DNA of 63,442 bases, the filler included, from Globobulimina sp. (taxonomy: Eukaryota): assembly GCA_003354225.1 (NCBI GenBank). It is 32 parts of 32 records of this genome, joined end to end, with 100 filler letters (N's around TTAATTAATTAA, not from the genome) between each part and the next. Parts side by side here need not be neighbours in the genome. Positions count along the whole stretch, not along the records: positions 1 to 1,887 come from PIVH01010889.1; positions 1,988 to 3,874 come from PIVH01010890.1; positions 3,975 to 5,861 come from PIVH01010891.1; positions 5,962 to 7,848 come from PIVH01010892.1; positions 7,949 to 9,835 come from PIVH01010893.1; positions 9,936 to 11,822 come from PIVH01010894.1; 26 more parts are not named here. The stretch is one strand, 5' to 3'. The notes beneath the pieces were generated by a model that was not told the DNA's origin, did no database searches, and saw only the letters and a list, made by a program, of their open reading frames with translations. The number at the start of each line of letters is the position of its first letter. Within the stretch, counting starts at the first letter, position 1. Below, piece by piece: positions 1 through 10,677 of the stretch. The position numbers and the translations under genes were made by a program.

Positions 1-2
1 GA

Positions 3-656
3 ATGTCTTCGACACTCATTTCACGGATTTGTTCAGCTTTCATGTTTAAGCAATTAAAGTTTATTCAGAATAAGAAACTTGGGTTTGATAAGGAACATGT
101 TGTCGTGCTTACCAACTTCGAGACTGAAAATAGTCAAAATACGCAAGAGACACAAGACACAGTGGCGAGCAATGTGGTAAATGTACAGATGGAGGAGAAT
201 GAGAATGAGAACACAGACACGGATTTGGAGATATTATCCAATGTAAATAACAAAAATAAACAATGTGAGGAGGAAAGTGATGAGGACGATGATATATTGA
301 TTTGCGCCGGGGATAAATGGATAAAATCGCAATCGTTTATGGATAATCGGAAAGTATTCGAAAAGGATATTTTTGAGAAAAAACAGGAGGAGTTAAAGAA
401 ATGTATGGATAGTAATTATAATATTGATTTGGACATAGAGGGGGATAAAGATTTTGTGGTGTTAAATAATAATAAAATATCGAAACAAGATACCTGTCCA
501 TTGACGCAGGTCAAAATTAAAAATCCTTTGAAAAATGTGCTATGTTCACATGTGTATGAAAAGGATGCAATACTAAATTATAAAAAATATCTTAATTCAA
601 ATGGAAAAGAACTGAAATGTCCGCAAGCTGGTTGTACCAAATACTTATTTATATGA
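3..656 (+). CDS. NSE2: SUMO E3 ligase NSE2/MMS21-like, C-terminal SP-RING (5' partial; first ~110 nt look like a bacterial ABC permease fragment)
   Basis: Acidic linker followed by CPLTQVKIKNPLKNVLCSHVYEKDAI...CPQAGC, the zf-Nse SP-RING pattern. Confidence 0.75.
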   Translation: MSSTLISRICSAFMFKQLKFIQNKKLGFDKEHVVVLTNFETENSQNTQETQDTVASNVVNVQMEENENENTDTDLEILSNVNNKNKQCEEESDEDDDILICAGDKWIKSQSFMDNRKVFEKDIFEKKQEELKKCMDSNYNIDLDIEGDKDFVVLNNNKISKQDTCPLTQVKIKNPLKNVLCSHVYEKDAILNYKKYLNSNGKELKCPQAGCTKYLFI

Positions 657-920
657 TCATGATGTATTGTAATTTTTGTTTGTTTTATTTAAATGCTGTG
701 ATTTTCATTAAAAAAAAAAAGATGTTAATTAAATGCATTTTTATCCTTGCACTTGCTCGGTAGTATAAATATGGTGGAAGTGATATTTCATACAAAAAAT
801 ACACGTAAACATAGTTGTAATTGGAATTATTAATAACATATCAAAAATATGTACAAAAAAACATCATAAAACGCACAAAAAATCCGGCAAAAACACGTTT
901 TTAATAACTGTTTGTTGGAT

Positions 921-1517
921 TTATCTCCTCCAAGCAACCACATAAATTTCTTTTTGTGGTAATTTAAATTCACACTGAAACTTATCATTATAACGACAAA
1001 ATACATCGAATTTGTTATGCGAACAACGTATAATATGACAGCCGCCATTAAAATCTTTATCCAATGCTTCGGCGGTAACCTCAATTTTTTTGTCATGAAA
1101 GGCGTCCGAATATTCACGACAGGCTTTCTCAAATTTATCCGGTTTTACAATTTTTGATTTAAAGTGAGACTGTTTTGCATGTTGAGAAGCACGATAAATA
1201 AATAAATATTTCCCATTCATATCTTTCTCCATTCTTTGAAAATTGCCCTTTGCCCACGCACCAACGGCGGGGTGTGCTCTTTTGGTGTCTGTTATGATAC
1301 AAACTGTGTCGGTGTCACTATATAAATCATCATAAAACTCGCAAATGGCTTTGGCGATATCATAATTATTCTTTTTTTTATCAATTAATTGAGAGATTTT
1401 TAATTTTTTAAATTGATCCTCGCTCGGCCCATTTTTCGCGGAAAATGTTAAGTAATCTCCTGCTTCCTCTTTGCTTTCGTCGTCGGGATTAAATTTCTTT
1501 TTTTTTACTGCTGCCAT
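921..1517 (-). CDS. Hypothetical protein with two tandem dynein-light-chain (LC8)/ground-like modules
   Basis: DIAKAICEFYDDLYSDTDTVCII...YLFIYR and AEALDKDFNGGCHIIRC...IYVVAWR each resemble the LC8 helix2-strand pattern. Confidence 0.45.
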   Translation of the reverse strand: MAAVKKKKFNPDDESKEEAGDYLTFSAKNGPSEDQFKKLKISQLIDKKKNNYDIAKAICEFYDDLYSDTDTVCIITDTKRAHPAVGAWAKGNFQRMEKDMNGKYLFIYRASQHAKQSHFKSKIVKPDKFEKACREYSDAFHDKKIEVTAEALDKDFNGGCHIIRCSHNKFDVFCRYNDKFQCEFKLPQKEIYVVAWRR

Positions 1518-1582
1518 GGACTGCACTACAAAATATAAATTAATTTATTTATTTATATATAGGAATTATAGGATCAAAAAGA

Positions 1583-1710
1583 GAGCCTAGGTTTCCTAAA
1601 TAGTTGCCTAAATAGTTGCTAAATAGTAACTAAATAGTTGTCCATTTTCGTTTTTGGTCTGAAATAGCAACTAAATAGTTGCGCGGCAACTATTTAGGAA
1701 ACCTAGGCTC
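1583..1710. mobile_element. MITE-like element, 128 bp
   Basis: Perfect 26-bp terminal inverted repeat GAGCCTAGGTTTCCTAAATAGTTGCC (1583-1608, 1685-1710), with internal CTAAATAGTT repeats. Confidence 0.75.
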
Positions 1711-1887
1711 ATTACTTCTAAGGCGCTCAATTTGGGAATCCTGTAATATTTCTCGTTAGTTTCTAGATATTTCTCAATATTTATCTTCATATTCAGTCAG
1801 CAGCAGCTCTCAAAGAAAAGCGTCAGATATGATTATGAAAATCGTCAGGTATGATAATTAGTGCAAAGTCCACTCTTAACTCTTTAA

Positions 1888-1987
1888 NNNNNNNNNNNNN
1901 NNNNNNNNNNNNNNNNNNNNNNNNNNNNNNNTTAATTAATTAANNNNNNNNNNNNNNNNNNNNNNNNNNNNNNNNNNNNNNNNNNNN
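1888..1987. other. Artificial contig linker N44-TTAATTAATTAA-N44 (first of 31 identical linkers, one every ~1985 bp)
   Basis: Identical 100-bp spacer with a six-frame stop core. The intervening contigs decrease monotonically from 1887 to 1884 bp. Confidence 0.98.
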
Positions 1988-3723
1988 CGATGCTTCATAA
2001 TCGCCCACACCGCACAACTTTGTCGTGACTCTCGTCGAATACTTGGATAATATCTTAAAATCTAAATTTTCTCTCACTTTCTTACTATCCATCGTGGCCT
2101 CTTTCTGCTGCGTTATAACTCGCAACATCTTACTCCCATTGTTCTTATTATACAAAATATGCACTTGAAATGGTAAAAATTTCAAATCCTTAAACTCCGA
2201 AATTTTATCTTTTCGCACTTCATACTCAAAAAAAATGGTGCTGTCTTCAAATACATTGCCAACATCTTGTTGCGACCGATCGATTACATATATTTTCCGC
2301 TCCTTTTTAGCTTTATTATCAATCTCAGCCTCGTCAATAATATCAATTTTACGATCCACGGATTTAATATCTGCAGCGAAGGGATTCAGATCTTTCAAAT
2401 TTTTCGCAGTGTCCACAAATTTCAAGCCAGGATGTATTAACATTTTCGCATTGGTCAATGTGGCAATAATTTCTGCCTCAATAATCCCCGCAAATTTATC
2501 TGTTAATTTCAACGGATTTATCCTCCTTAAATTACCACCGGTAATCTCCGCAATTTTGCCTAAATCCTCTAATTTGCAGCCATTGTCCGTGATACTTATA
2601 ACCGAGACACAAACGCCATTTCCCAATGCCCACTCACCCAAATTTGCATAAAATTCACCACAAACATTGGCATTTTCGTCATCATTGTTTTCATCGATTT
2701 TACCAACCCCAACATTGGCCAAACCATCCGTGCATAGTATGACTTGGGAGCCTCTCTTAATGGACGCCATTGCGATGGCGACGCTTAACGCCGGTCCCAA
2801 TGCGGTCTGTCCACTCTCCTCCAATTTCCATAACTCATTACTTAGCGACTCGTGTGCGTCGCATATAACATGTCTTATCTTACACTTATCAGACACGCCA
2901 ATCTCTTTTAATTTGGCTAAGTCATCCAATTTATCGCCGACAATGACCTCAAATCCGTGCTCTTCGTCTTTCATAGCATCGCCATAGACCATCACCTCGC
3001 TATTAAACGTAACTAAGCCCACTTTCATGCGAGGATTGGCCTGCTTCAATTTCGTGATTTGTTCGTCCACCGCGGCTTGGACGGACTGCAAACGTGAGAT
3101 ATATGTCACATTTTGTGCTTGATGCGGCATCCATTGGTTCCTGTTCATTGGATCTATGAATTGTGACAAATTCTCATTCTCTTTTTGCAATCGGTTGCCT
3201 TTCAAATTGATTTTCTTGCCTTCCACTGCTTGGCTGACGCACATCGAACCACTTATATCTATGCAAAATATCACCTGTTTGTCACACTCATTGTTGGCAT
3301 TGTTATTTTCTTTGTTTTCTTCCGGTGGTTCTAATATATAATCAATGGTCTCATCGTTAGGCATTTCTGCCTCATCAATGTCGATAATATTGATGCTGTT
3401 ACAAAACGTACAAATCCATATACTTTCGTCGTCGTCGTCTAATTTAATATCGTCATATTTCTTCAATAACTTGTCGTATTTTGATAATATGGCGCCGCAT
3501 TTTTCGTTTTTACATCGGATCGGATCTCCGGTGGCGATATTTTGTGCGGATTGTTTTAAGGTTCCTAACTCGATCGAGATTACTTTGGCATTTACTTTTT
3601 GTTTATGGACTACTTTTCGTTTGCCAGCACGCTGTTTTTTCTCTCTTTGTTTCCTCATTTCAGATAATTTATTGATACGTTTACTGATTTTACCCCGATC
3701 TGGAAACGTTTTTGGTTATAAAA
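1988..3723 (-). CDS. Sec23/24-type zinc finger + vWA protein (circularly permuted Ras protein 1-like), partial
   Basis: RCKNEKCGAIL...WICTFC zinc finger. MIDAS motifs VIFCIDISGSM, TALGPAL and LCTDGLANVG. Confidence 0.8.
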
Positions 3724-3989
3724 TATAAAAAAATTAATCAAAATATAGATAAAAAACGATTTTGAACCTTTTCGTTTTGGTAATGAATGACTGGATGAAC
3801 TCGAACTGGATGAACTCGAACTGGATTCGTCATCGTCTTCGTCGTCGTCATATGAGTGTGGGTATGGTATTGATNNNNNNNNNNNNNNNNNNNNNNNNNN
3901 NNNNNNNNNNNNNNNNNNTTAATTAATTAANNNNNNNNNNNNNNNNNNNNNNNNNNNNNNNNNNNNNNNNNNNNTATAAGTAAGACCCC

Positions 3990-4228
3990 GTTTAGACTAG
4001 GGAAAAGTCGTACTTCAACAACGACTTTTTTGAAGTCGAGTTCAGTCGAATTCAGGTCTAAACAGGTACAGTCGTTGTTCGAGTATGACTGAAGTCGAGT
4101 TCAAAAGTTGTTGTTCAACAATGCTCATGAGGTTCATTAAGTCGAATTCAATTCGACTTTGTCGTGGTTGAAGTGCGACTTTTCATGGTCTAAACAGTCA
4201 GTCGAATTGAATTCGACTTTTTCATGAG
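3990..4228. mobile_element. Degenerate MITE-like inverted-repeat element
   Basis: GTTTAGACTAGGGAAAAGTCGTACTTCAAC (3990-4019) versus the reverse complement of 4167-4195, plus many internal AGTCGAATTC/AGTCGAGTTC units. Confidence 0.65.
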
Positions 4229-5536
4229 TGTCGGACCTGGCGAGGTGAATTTCCGGTCCGTAAGATGAGATTTTGATTGTTTTGCCTGTAAACAAAGAAG
4301 TTTTGTCCGTTTTATACTGACAGGATCAGAAGCAGCCAAACCAAATCTTGGTAAATTACTGTCATCCTTGGTCATTGCCAATGGTTTTGAGGACGACATC
4401 GTCATAGCAACCGGGACAGGCAATGGATTCGAATGTGCTGGTTTGTAAAGTGATGGCTTCTCATTATCTGCTGCAATATTTCTGTGTGGTGAGTAATCCG
4501 GATGCATTAATCTGACTTCTTTACATTCCGTTTTTATAGGTTGTGATTTCGCAAATTTTATATCGTCAGCATGCGCGACATCGGTGGTTTTTTTATATGA
4601 TTCAAATTTTTTTCTCCATTTCCCTCGCACTGCCAATATTTTCCGCTTTGTATCTGAATCAATTCTATCTCCCAATGCACTAAAATCTGGTTCATATGCT
4701 GCTGGCTTTCTGCTTAGTGATGAATTCGAATTTGATTTGCTTAAACTCTTTGATAGTTTGCCATTTTGCGGTAAATTGATAGGTTTCGGTAATCGATTGC
4801 TATATTTTAGAGAACCTGATTTTTTAAATGAAACAGAGTCGGCCATAAAAAGAATTGGCGCTGGAAAATCCTCACAATTATTAATAATCACACTATTTAA
4901 GCCTGATTTCGGTGAAGATTCCCTTGTCACAGTCACTGTATTCGTACAAAAAACTGTACCATCATTTTCATCGATTATTTCACCGTTTACATCAAATAAA
5001 ATATCCAGTCCAAACTCCGGGGCATTTGCTTTGCATTCGATTGAGTGATTAATTGCTGTCCAGGTCGTTGTTAATGTATTATTGTATGGCTGCAGCTGAT
5101 TCTTTGATGTATCATTAACTGCATTATTATTATTAATGTGGTTGTTATTGGCTATATGTTGAATATCTTCACCTATATCAATTTTATAATTTTTACTATC
5201 ATTGCCACTGTCGACAGTTGGTGATCTAACACCATTTTTAGAACCGGTATTAATGTGTTTCAAACCTAACTGTTTTTGTTTAAATATAGCTATATAGATT
5301 GGACTGAATGTGTCTACCACAAAATGTCGATTACGTATAAAATTCAACGTAAATGAAATAGATATTATGGACCATATTATTGGTAAATAAAATAATATGT
5401 TGACATTGTAGGTTATTAAAAACAACGATAAATATACAATGCTGCATATACAGGATATAAATGAGGAACGACGCATAAAATATACAGATGCTACCAATGA
5501 AGAATTTGCAGTCGGCGCACAATCAAAGCGTCCCAT
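4190..5536 (-). CDS. Hypothetical protein with a hydrophobic N-terminal region and a long low-complexity tail
   Basis: 449-codon ORF with no recognisable family. Its stop codon lies inside the repeat element. Confidence 0.4.
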   Translation of the reverse strand: MGRFDCAPTANSSLVASVYFMRRSSFISCICSIVYLSLFLITYNVNILFYLPIIWSIISISFTLNFIRNRHFVVDTFSPIYIAIFKQKQLGLKHINTGSKNGVRSPTVDSGNDSKNYKIDIGEDIQHIANNNHINNNNAVNDTSKNQLQPYNNTLTTTWTAINHSIECKANAPEFGLDILFDVNGEIIDENDGTVFCTNTVTVTRESSPKSGLNSVIINNCEDFPAPILFMADSVSFKKSGSLKYSNRLPKPINLPQNGKLSKSLSKSNSNSSLSRKPAAYEPDFSALGDRIDSDTKRKILAVRGKWRKKFESYKKTTDVAHADDIKFAKSQPIKTECKEVRLMHPDYSPHRNIAADNEKPSLYKPAHSNPLPVPVAMTMSSSKPLAMTKDDSNLPRFGLAASDPVSIKRTKLLCLQAKQSKSHLTDRKFTSPGPTLMKKSNSIRLTV

Positions 5537-5961
5537 CACTGTATAATGTGCATAAATATTTTGTGGTCAAAAACACTCTGAATTGATATGGTTAAAAACC
5601 ACATACAAACATTATTACACTCTGAATGGATTGGATACGAATGGACAGATCACAGAGATACAGCACTTAACTTAGGCTCATTCGCTTGCACTGCACAATT
5701 AAAATAGCAGAGGTCTTCCAGGTACAAAACAACACAAAACCTGAGGTCAGTACAATAATTATTGGAAATAGCCAAAAATAAAAGTGTATTTGTGCCACAA
5801 CTAAGCATATAAAAGGGAGAGAATAGCACGCAAACACTCTAAATATAGCAATATTACTAACNNNNNNNNNNNNNNNNNNNNNNNNNNNNNNNNNNNNNNN
5901 NNNNNTTAATTAATTAANNNNNNNNNNNNNNNNNNNNNNNNNNNNNNNNNNNNNNNNNNNN

Positions 5962-7848
5962 TTGACGCGACAATTAAATTATTCTTCTCATCCTTACCTA
6001 AATATATATGCACGACGAAGGCTGACGATGTGTTTTCAACGATATGAACAGGATTTGCCTGATCCTGCCATTCCATAATTCCTTTTTCTGTCCATGCACC
6101 AACTTCTTTTTTCAAAATAGTGTCATCCGCTAATTGTAGATTATAATTCTTGCCCAGACGGCATTTATTCTTATCTTTAATGTGCAACGTAAGCGGTTTC
6201 ACTTTTGTTACACAACCAACGTCAAAATCCGATCTCGCGAAAACGTTTGCCTTTTTTGCTATTTTCAACATATGAGCGGCTGCTTCATCCTTTTTGAACA
6301 TTTTCAAATCATATTCCGTGTCTGCTAATACTGCCGGATATGATATTTTTGTTCCATTTGCCAATTCTCGTGTTGCCAATTCAAATGCTGTAGTATTCAC
6401 AGTTTGATTCAATTTCATTATTTTATTGTTTTCATCAACTTTCTCAATTTGCATAATATTCGAATCGTCAATAACATGAATAAAGCTCTCCAGCGTCGGT
6501 TGATTATTGATAAAATCTCCATTTTTCAAACCTAAAACAAATTTGCTGGGACATCTTTCGACAAATTTCAATTCATTTTCATACTCTGTTAATTCGAATA
6601 AGTCCATACAAGAGATGCTGATGTTTGCTTCATTGATAGCTCGCATTACATCCGATTTCTTCGCGAATCTTGTGTTTAATGTACAAACTTCATTATTTTC
6701 AGCTATTTTATAGATTCCCGGGTCGCCTTTATGACGATATTCAATTGTATCTAAATATCCATCCACGTCTTCATCCTCATGAATGATGTTAAATAGTTGT
6801 TTCCTGGCATGGTAATACAAACATTTCTTAATATCATTCTTTGCGTACGTACCTAAACCTAAATATTTACGCGAATCTCTGCCAATGATTAGTAAGTCTT
6901 TGGGGACGCAGTCTAAGCACCAAACTCGAATGTATGTCTTCTTTGGATGCGATTTTCCTGTGGTTATGCTAAATTCCATTGTTTCTATCGGTACCTTTAA
7001 CTTAATCGACGATGAATAAAATTGCTTTGTATTGCCTGCGTCAAATCCGCCGGCAGTAATAGTCGATTTTACTTTGTTGTCAATGAATTTTCGCAGTAAA
7101 TCCAATATTAATTTGCCACAAATAGTAATTGATGCTCCTTCATCGAGGAATCCACGAATAACTATGTCTTCATCAGATTTTGACAAAACCGTAAATTCAG
7201 GGCCCGATTCGTGTGTTAACAAATACTTATTCTCGCCATCAACTTTGTGGATAGCGTTCAATTCTTGTTTCTTTTCACTGATTTCTAACTCTAAAGTATT
7301 ATTAATGTCATTATTTGCGTCACGTTTGACAATAACATTCGTGACAACATTGCCATTGTTGCGTACACGAATAAGTTTATGCTGCTCCGTAATACGTATA
7401 TTCTTCTTAAACGTTGCTGAATTATTCATTTTAAAATGCACCATAATAAACTTCGGAGATATTTTGTTAATAAAGCCTTGGAACCATCGTTTTGTTGTAT
7501 TTGAGAATACCTCGCAGGCATCGCCAGGTAACCAGTAGTTCCATGCGGTGATTCGTTCCGATTCACCTGAACGTTTCCAAAATCTTTTGATTTTCAATTC
7601 ATTTTCATCAATTCTGCTTAATTCATGCGGCTCAAATGCCTTTTTCTTGAAACTATTGATAAAATCACCTTTGCCGCTATGTTCACGGTAAGCTAATGGT
7701 GTATTATCATGTTCTGTATACAAATTATTATCCGATATATGCGTTTCTTGAATGTTAAATATAGCAGAAATCGGTTGCGGTTGCGGAAGGAGGCAGTTTT
7801 TGGACGTGCTAAGGTCAAGGAGGCAGTTTTTAGACGTGCTAAGGTCAA
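5962..7848 (-). mobile_element. Ty3/Gypsy-like LTR retrotransposon polyprotein fragment (Tudor-like domain, aspartic protease, start of RT)
   Basis: Frame is open across the whole contig. Protease-like GFLDEGAS...LLIIGRD. RT-preceding pattern VFARSDFDVGCV...YNL...LKKEV...KGIME...SSAFVV. Confidence 0.7.
7787..7848. repeat. 30-bp tandem repeat (encodes LDLSTSKNCL on the minus strand)
   Basis: AAGGAGGCAGTTTTT(G/A)GACGTGCTAAGGTC twice, truncated by the contig end. Confidence 0.85.
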
Positions 7849-7948
7849 NNNNNNNNNNNNNNNNNNNNNNNNNNNNNNNNNNNNNNNNNNNNTTAATTAA
7901 TTAANNNNNNNNNNNNNNNNNNNNNNNNNNNNNNNNNNNNNNNNNNNN

Positions 7949-9235
7949 CCAACAGGACTTCACTGTGCAATGTCCAACAACCTCATCCATACTATATGTG
8001 GCCAAGAATTTTCTTTTTGATTTGCGATGCAATCCTTTATCGTGATTGGCACAAAATATTTTTGTCGGAATTAATATTGAACCGCGTTTTGGTGGATATT
8101 GTCCATCAATGTCGCCATCAGACGTCGACGCTGCTGATGTTTCGCTACCACTTACATCTTCTTCGTCGGATTTATGTTGGGTTTCGTCGGAAACTTTGTC
8201 GTAACAAAATGTATTTGTATTTATATTCTGAATCGTTGTGTTCATTATATTGTTATCGGAGTGATTGTTGTGTTCATAATCCGAATCATATAAAAATGCG
8301 GACTTTGTTTCATTTTGCTGTTTCTGGCAATTTGGTGCTTGTGTGGATTTGGGATCGGATGTAACAAAATAACAAAGCACGACAAAGCCAACAAACACAC
8401 TCATCACAACAACGCCAATTAATATTACAATAATGATGTTCGTGTTTGATTTGTTTGCTTCGTTTGTTGAATAAGAATACTTTGGACAGTTTATGTTTGT
8501 ATCATCATTGTAAACTACATCATGTAATGCATCACATTGACACCATTCAGATTTGCAATAACCATTCATAAATAAATCATTTTTTGCCTGATTTGTGTTC
8601 ATATCGATACAATAAATGGAATAGTTATGGATGCATTCACTTACAATGTTACATTCATTACATCCATTTATAGAAAATTTGGTATTTAATAATTTATAAT
8701 TTTCAACGTAAATAGTACCAAAATGATAACATCCAAAAGCAAAACAATTGATATTAATTTGGGTTTCTTTATTAGTATTTTTAGTATTATTTGATGGCAA
8801 ATAATATGAATTTTCAAAGCATGCAAAATTATTCTCATTGGATGAGCAAATAATGGATATAAAATTCATTGTTTCTGTAAAATATAGTTTTGAGAGCGAG
8901 CATGCTTTGTGTCCGGAGCAATATAATGTGGTTGAATTGGTCGCAGATGAAATTAGTTGAATATTGTTACATGAATAATCCTTTGAACATTGGATCTCAA
9001 CATTCATTGAGGCACTTGCATTTATTATGGTATTGTTACATCCATTTATCTCATCACATATAATATGACAATATTTATTCTTACATTCTATATAATTTGA
9101 TACCATAAACGGCTCAGATGTTTTTGATACAATATACCAATCACCACTTGAATTGGTTACAGTTGGGTTAATTATGTTACTTTTGGTGATGATACCAATG
9201 AAAGTCACTAATATCAAGCACAAAATAAATTTCAT
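7949..9235 (-). CDS. Type I membrane protein with a Cys/Asn-rich ectodomain, 3' partial
   Basis: Signal peptide MKFILCLILVTFIGII, repeated IxC...SC motifs, TM segment IIIVILIGVVVMSVFVGFVVLCYFV. Confidence 0.7.
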
Positions 9236-9433
9236 CCTGAGCTGGTATGGAAACTGATTGAGAAAACTTTTTATAAGTGAACTGTAGTATTTTGTTATCT
9301 ATCCTTTATTGTTCAACTTTGGGTTCGTTATTTCTGCAGCATATCTTGTCGAAATATTGCCTATCAGAAATTTCATGCAATTTCTCAGGTAAATTGACTA
9401 TATAATATTGATATCAATCAAGATATAACCAAA

Positions 9434-9835
9434 ATGAGCATATGGAACGACCCAGAAATTTCATTCGAACAATTTGCAGAATATTTATGTGATGATAAAA
9501 ATAAAGCTACATTAAAAAAAATATGGAAGCAGAAAACGAAAAACAAAGAATTTTTATCAGAATTAGAGAGTCATGAATTGGCAGATATTTTAGTATCATT
9601 TGAGAAAGAATGTATTTTATCGTATAATGGTAATTGTGGAGTGTCCTCTGACCAATTACAAGATTCATCGCATTTATTAAGTGATTGGATATTTGAGAAT
9701 AAATTGTCAGGAATACCTTCCTCCGATGATGAAGATTATAATACAATGAAATTGGTTGAAATATTTAATAATAATAATTTATTATTTAATTGGATATCGC
9801 AGTCATGTGTACCTCTTAAAACCTACATTAATTCC
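9434..9835 (+). CDS. Hypothetical protein, 3' partial
   Basis: ATG-initiated ORF open to the contig end. Confidence 0.5.
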
Positions 9836-9935
9836 NNNNNNNNNNNNNNNNNNNNNNNNNNNNNNNNNNNNNNNNNNNNTTAATTAATTAANNNNNNNNN
9901 NNNNNNNNNNNNNNNNNNNNNNNNNNNNNNNNNNN

Positions 9936-10407
9936 ATCAGCATCACATATTAAAATAACAAAAGAATTCAGGGCGATTATCGTTAAATATACAATAATTT
10001 CGTGTGTTGCTTTATTGAGTACATTTTGTGCTGTGCTAATAATTGGTATTACTGATTCACCCGCTTTCTCAATGATTGATGTCTGGATAAATGCAGTGTG
10101 TTTGTTAATATTTGATGACAATTATGAGAAATGTTATAAAATATTATGTTGTGGGCTAATTTATTGCGTTAATTCAAAAGAGAAAATTGATAATGTGGCT
10201 AAATCATTGAAGGCGGTTTCTGTTCAATCAAAGAGTAATCTTAAACATATTGAAAATGGTATAATTAATGGCAACAAGCAAATGTCTGCAAATCCAACAA
10301 TTGGACCAACAAATAACACTTTATCATTAACACATATGGATAAATCGTTGAGTTTGATTGAGGATTACAACCAAAATGGTGCTGCTATCGAACTTGGAAC
10401 ACATTAA
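9936..10407 (+). CDS. C-terminal part of a multi-pass (7TM-like) membrane protein
   Basis: Hydrophobic helices, IDVWINAVCLLIF...YKILCC, then a polar tail. Confidence 0.45.
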
Positions 10408-10528
10408 AAACGTACATTTTGTTTTCTGTTGTTTCAGATTTCAGATTTCATTCGACTAATTAATGTTTTTACGTTCATTCCGCGGCCATCGTATTATAGT
10501 ATTTTAACCATATTCAGTAATATCGAGA

Positions 10529-10620
10529 CTGGGTAACGTGTTTCCAAAAACAAAGTTTTTCACGTCTCGGGAACACTTCCCTTGGCGTGAAAAACTGTGT
10601 TTTCAGAAACGCGTTCCCAG
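10529..10620. repeat. 92-bp imperfect palindrome (hairpin/MITE) upstream of MUS81
   Basis: CTGGGTAACGTGTTTC...AGTTTTTCACG pairs with CGTGAAAAACT...GAAACGCGTTCCCAG, with a GGGAA-cac-TTCCC centre. Confidence 0.7.
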
Positions 10621-10677
10621 AGCCTGATATATATAGAAAATAAGAAGACTAGCCCACTAACAAGTTTTTCACAAATC

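Noticed and set aside
1932-1943. Regularly spaced TTAATTAATTAA as a CRISPR-like or biological repeat
   Set aside because: Always embedded in N runs. It is an artificial six-frame-stop linker.
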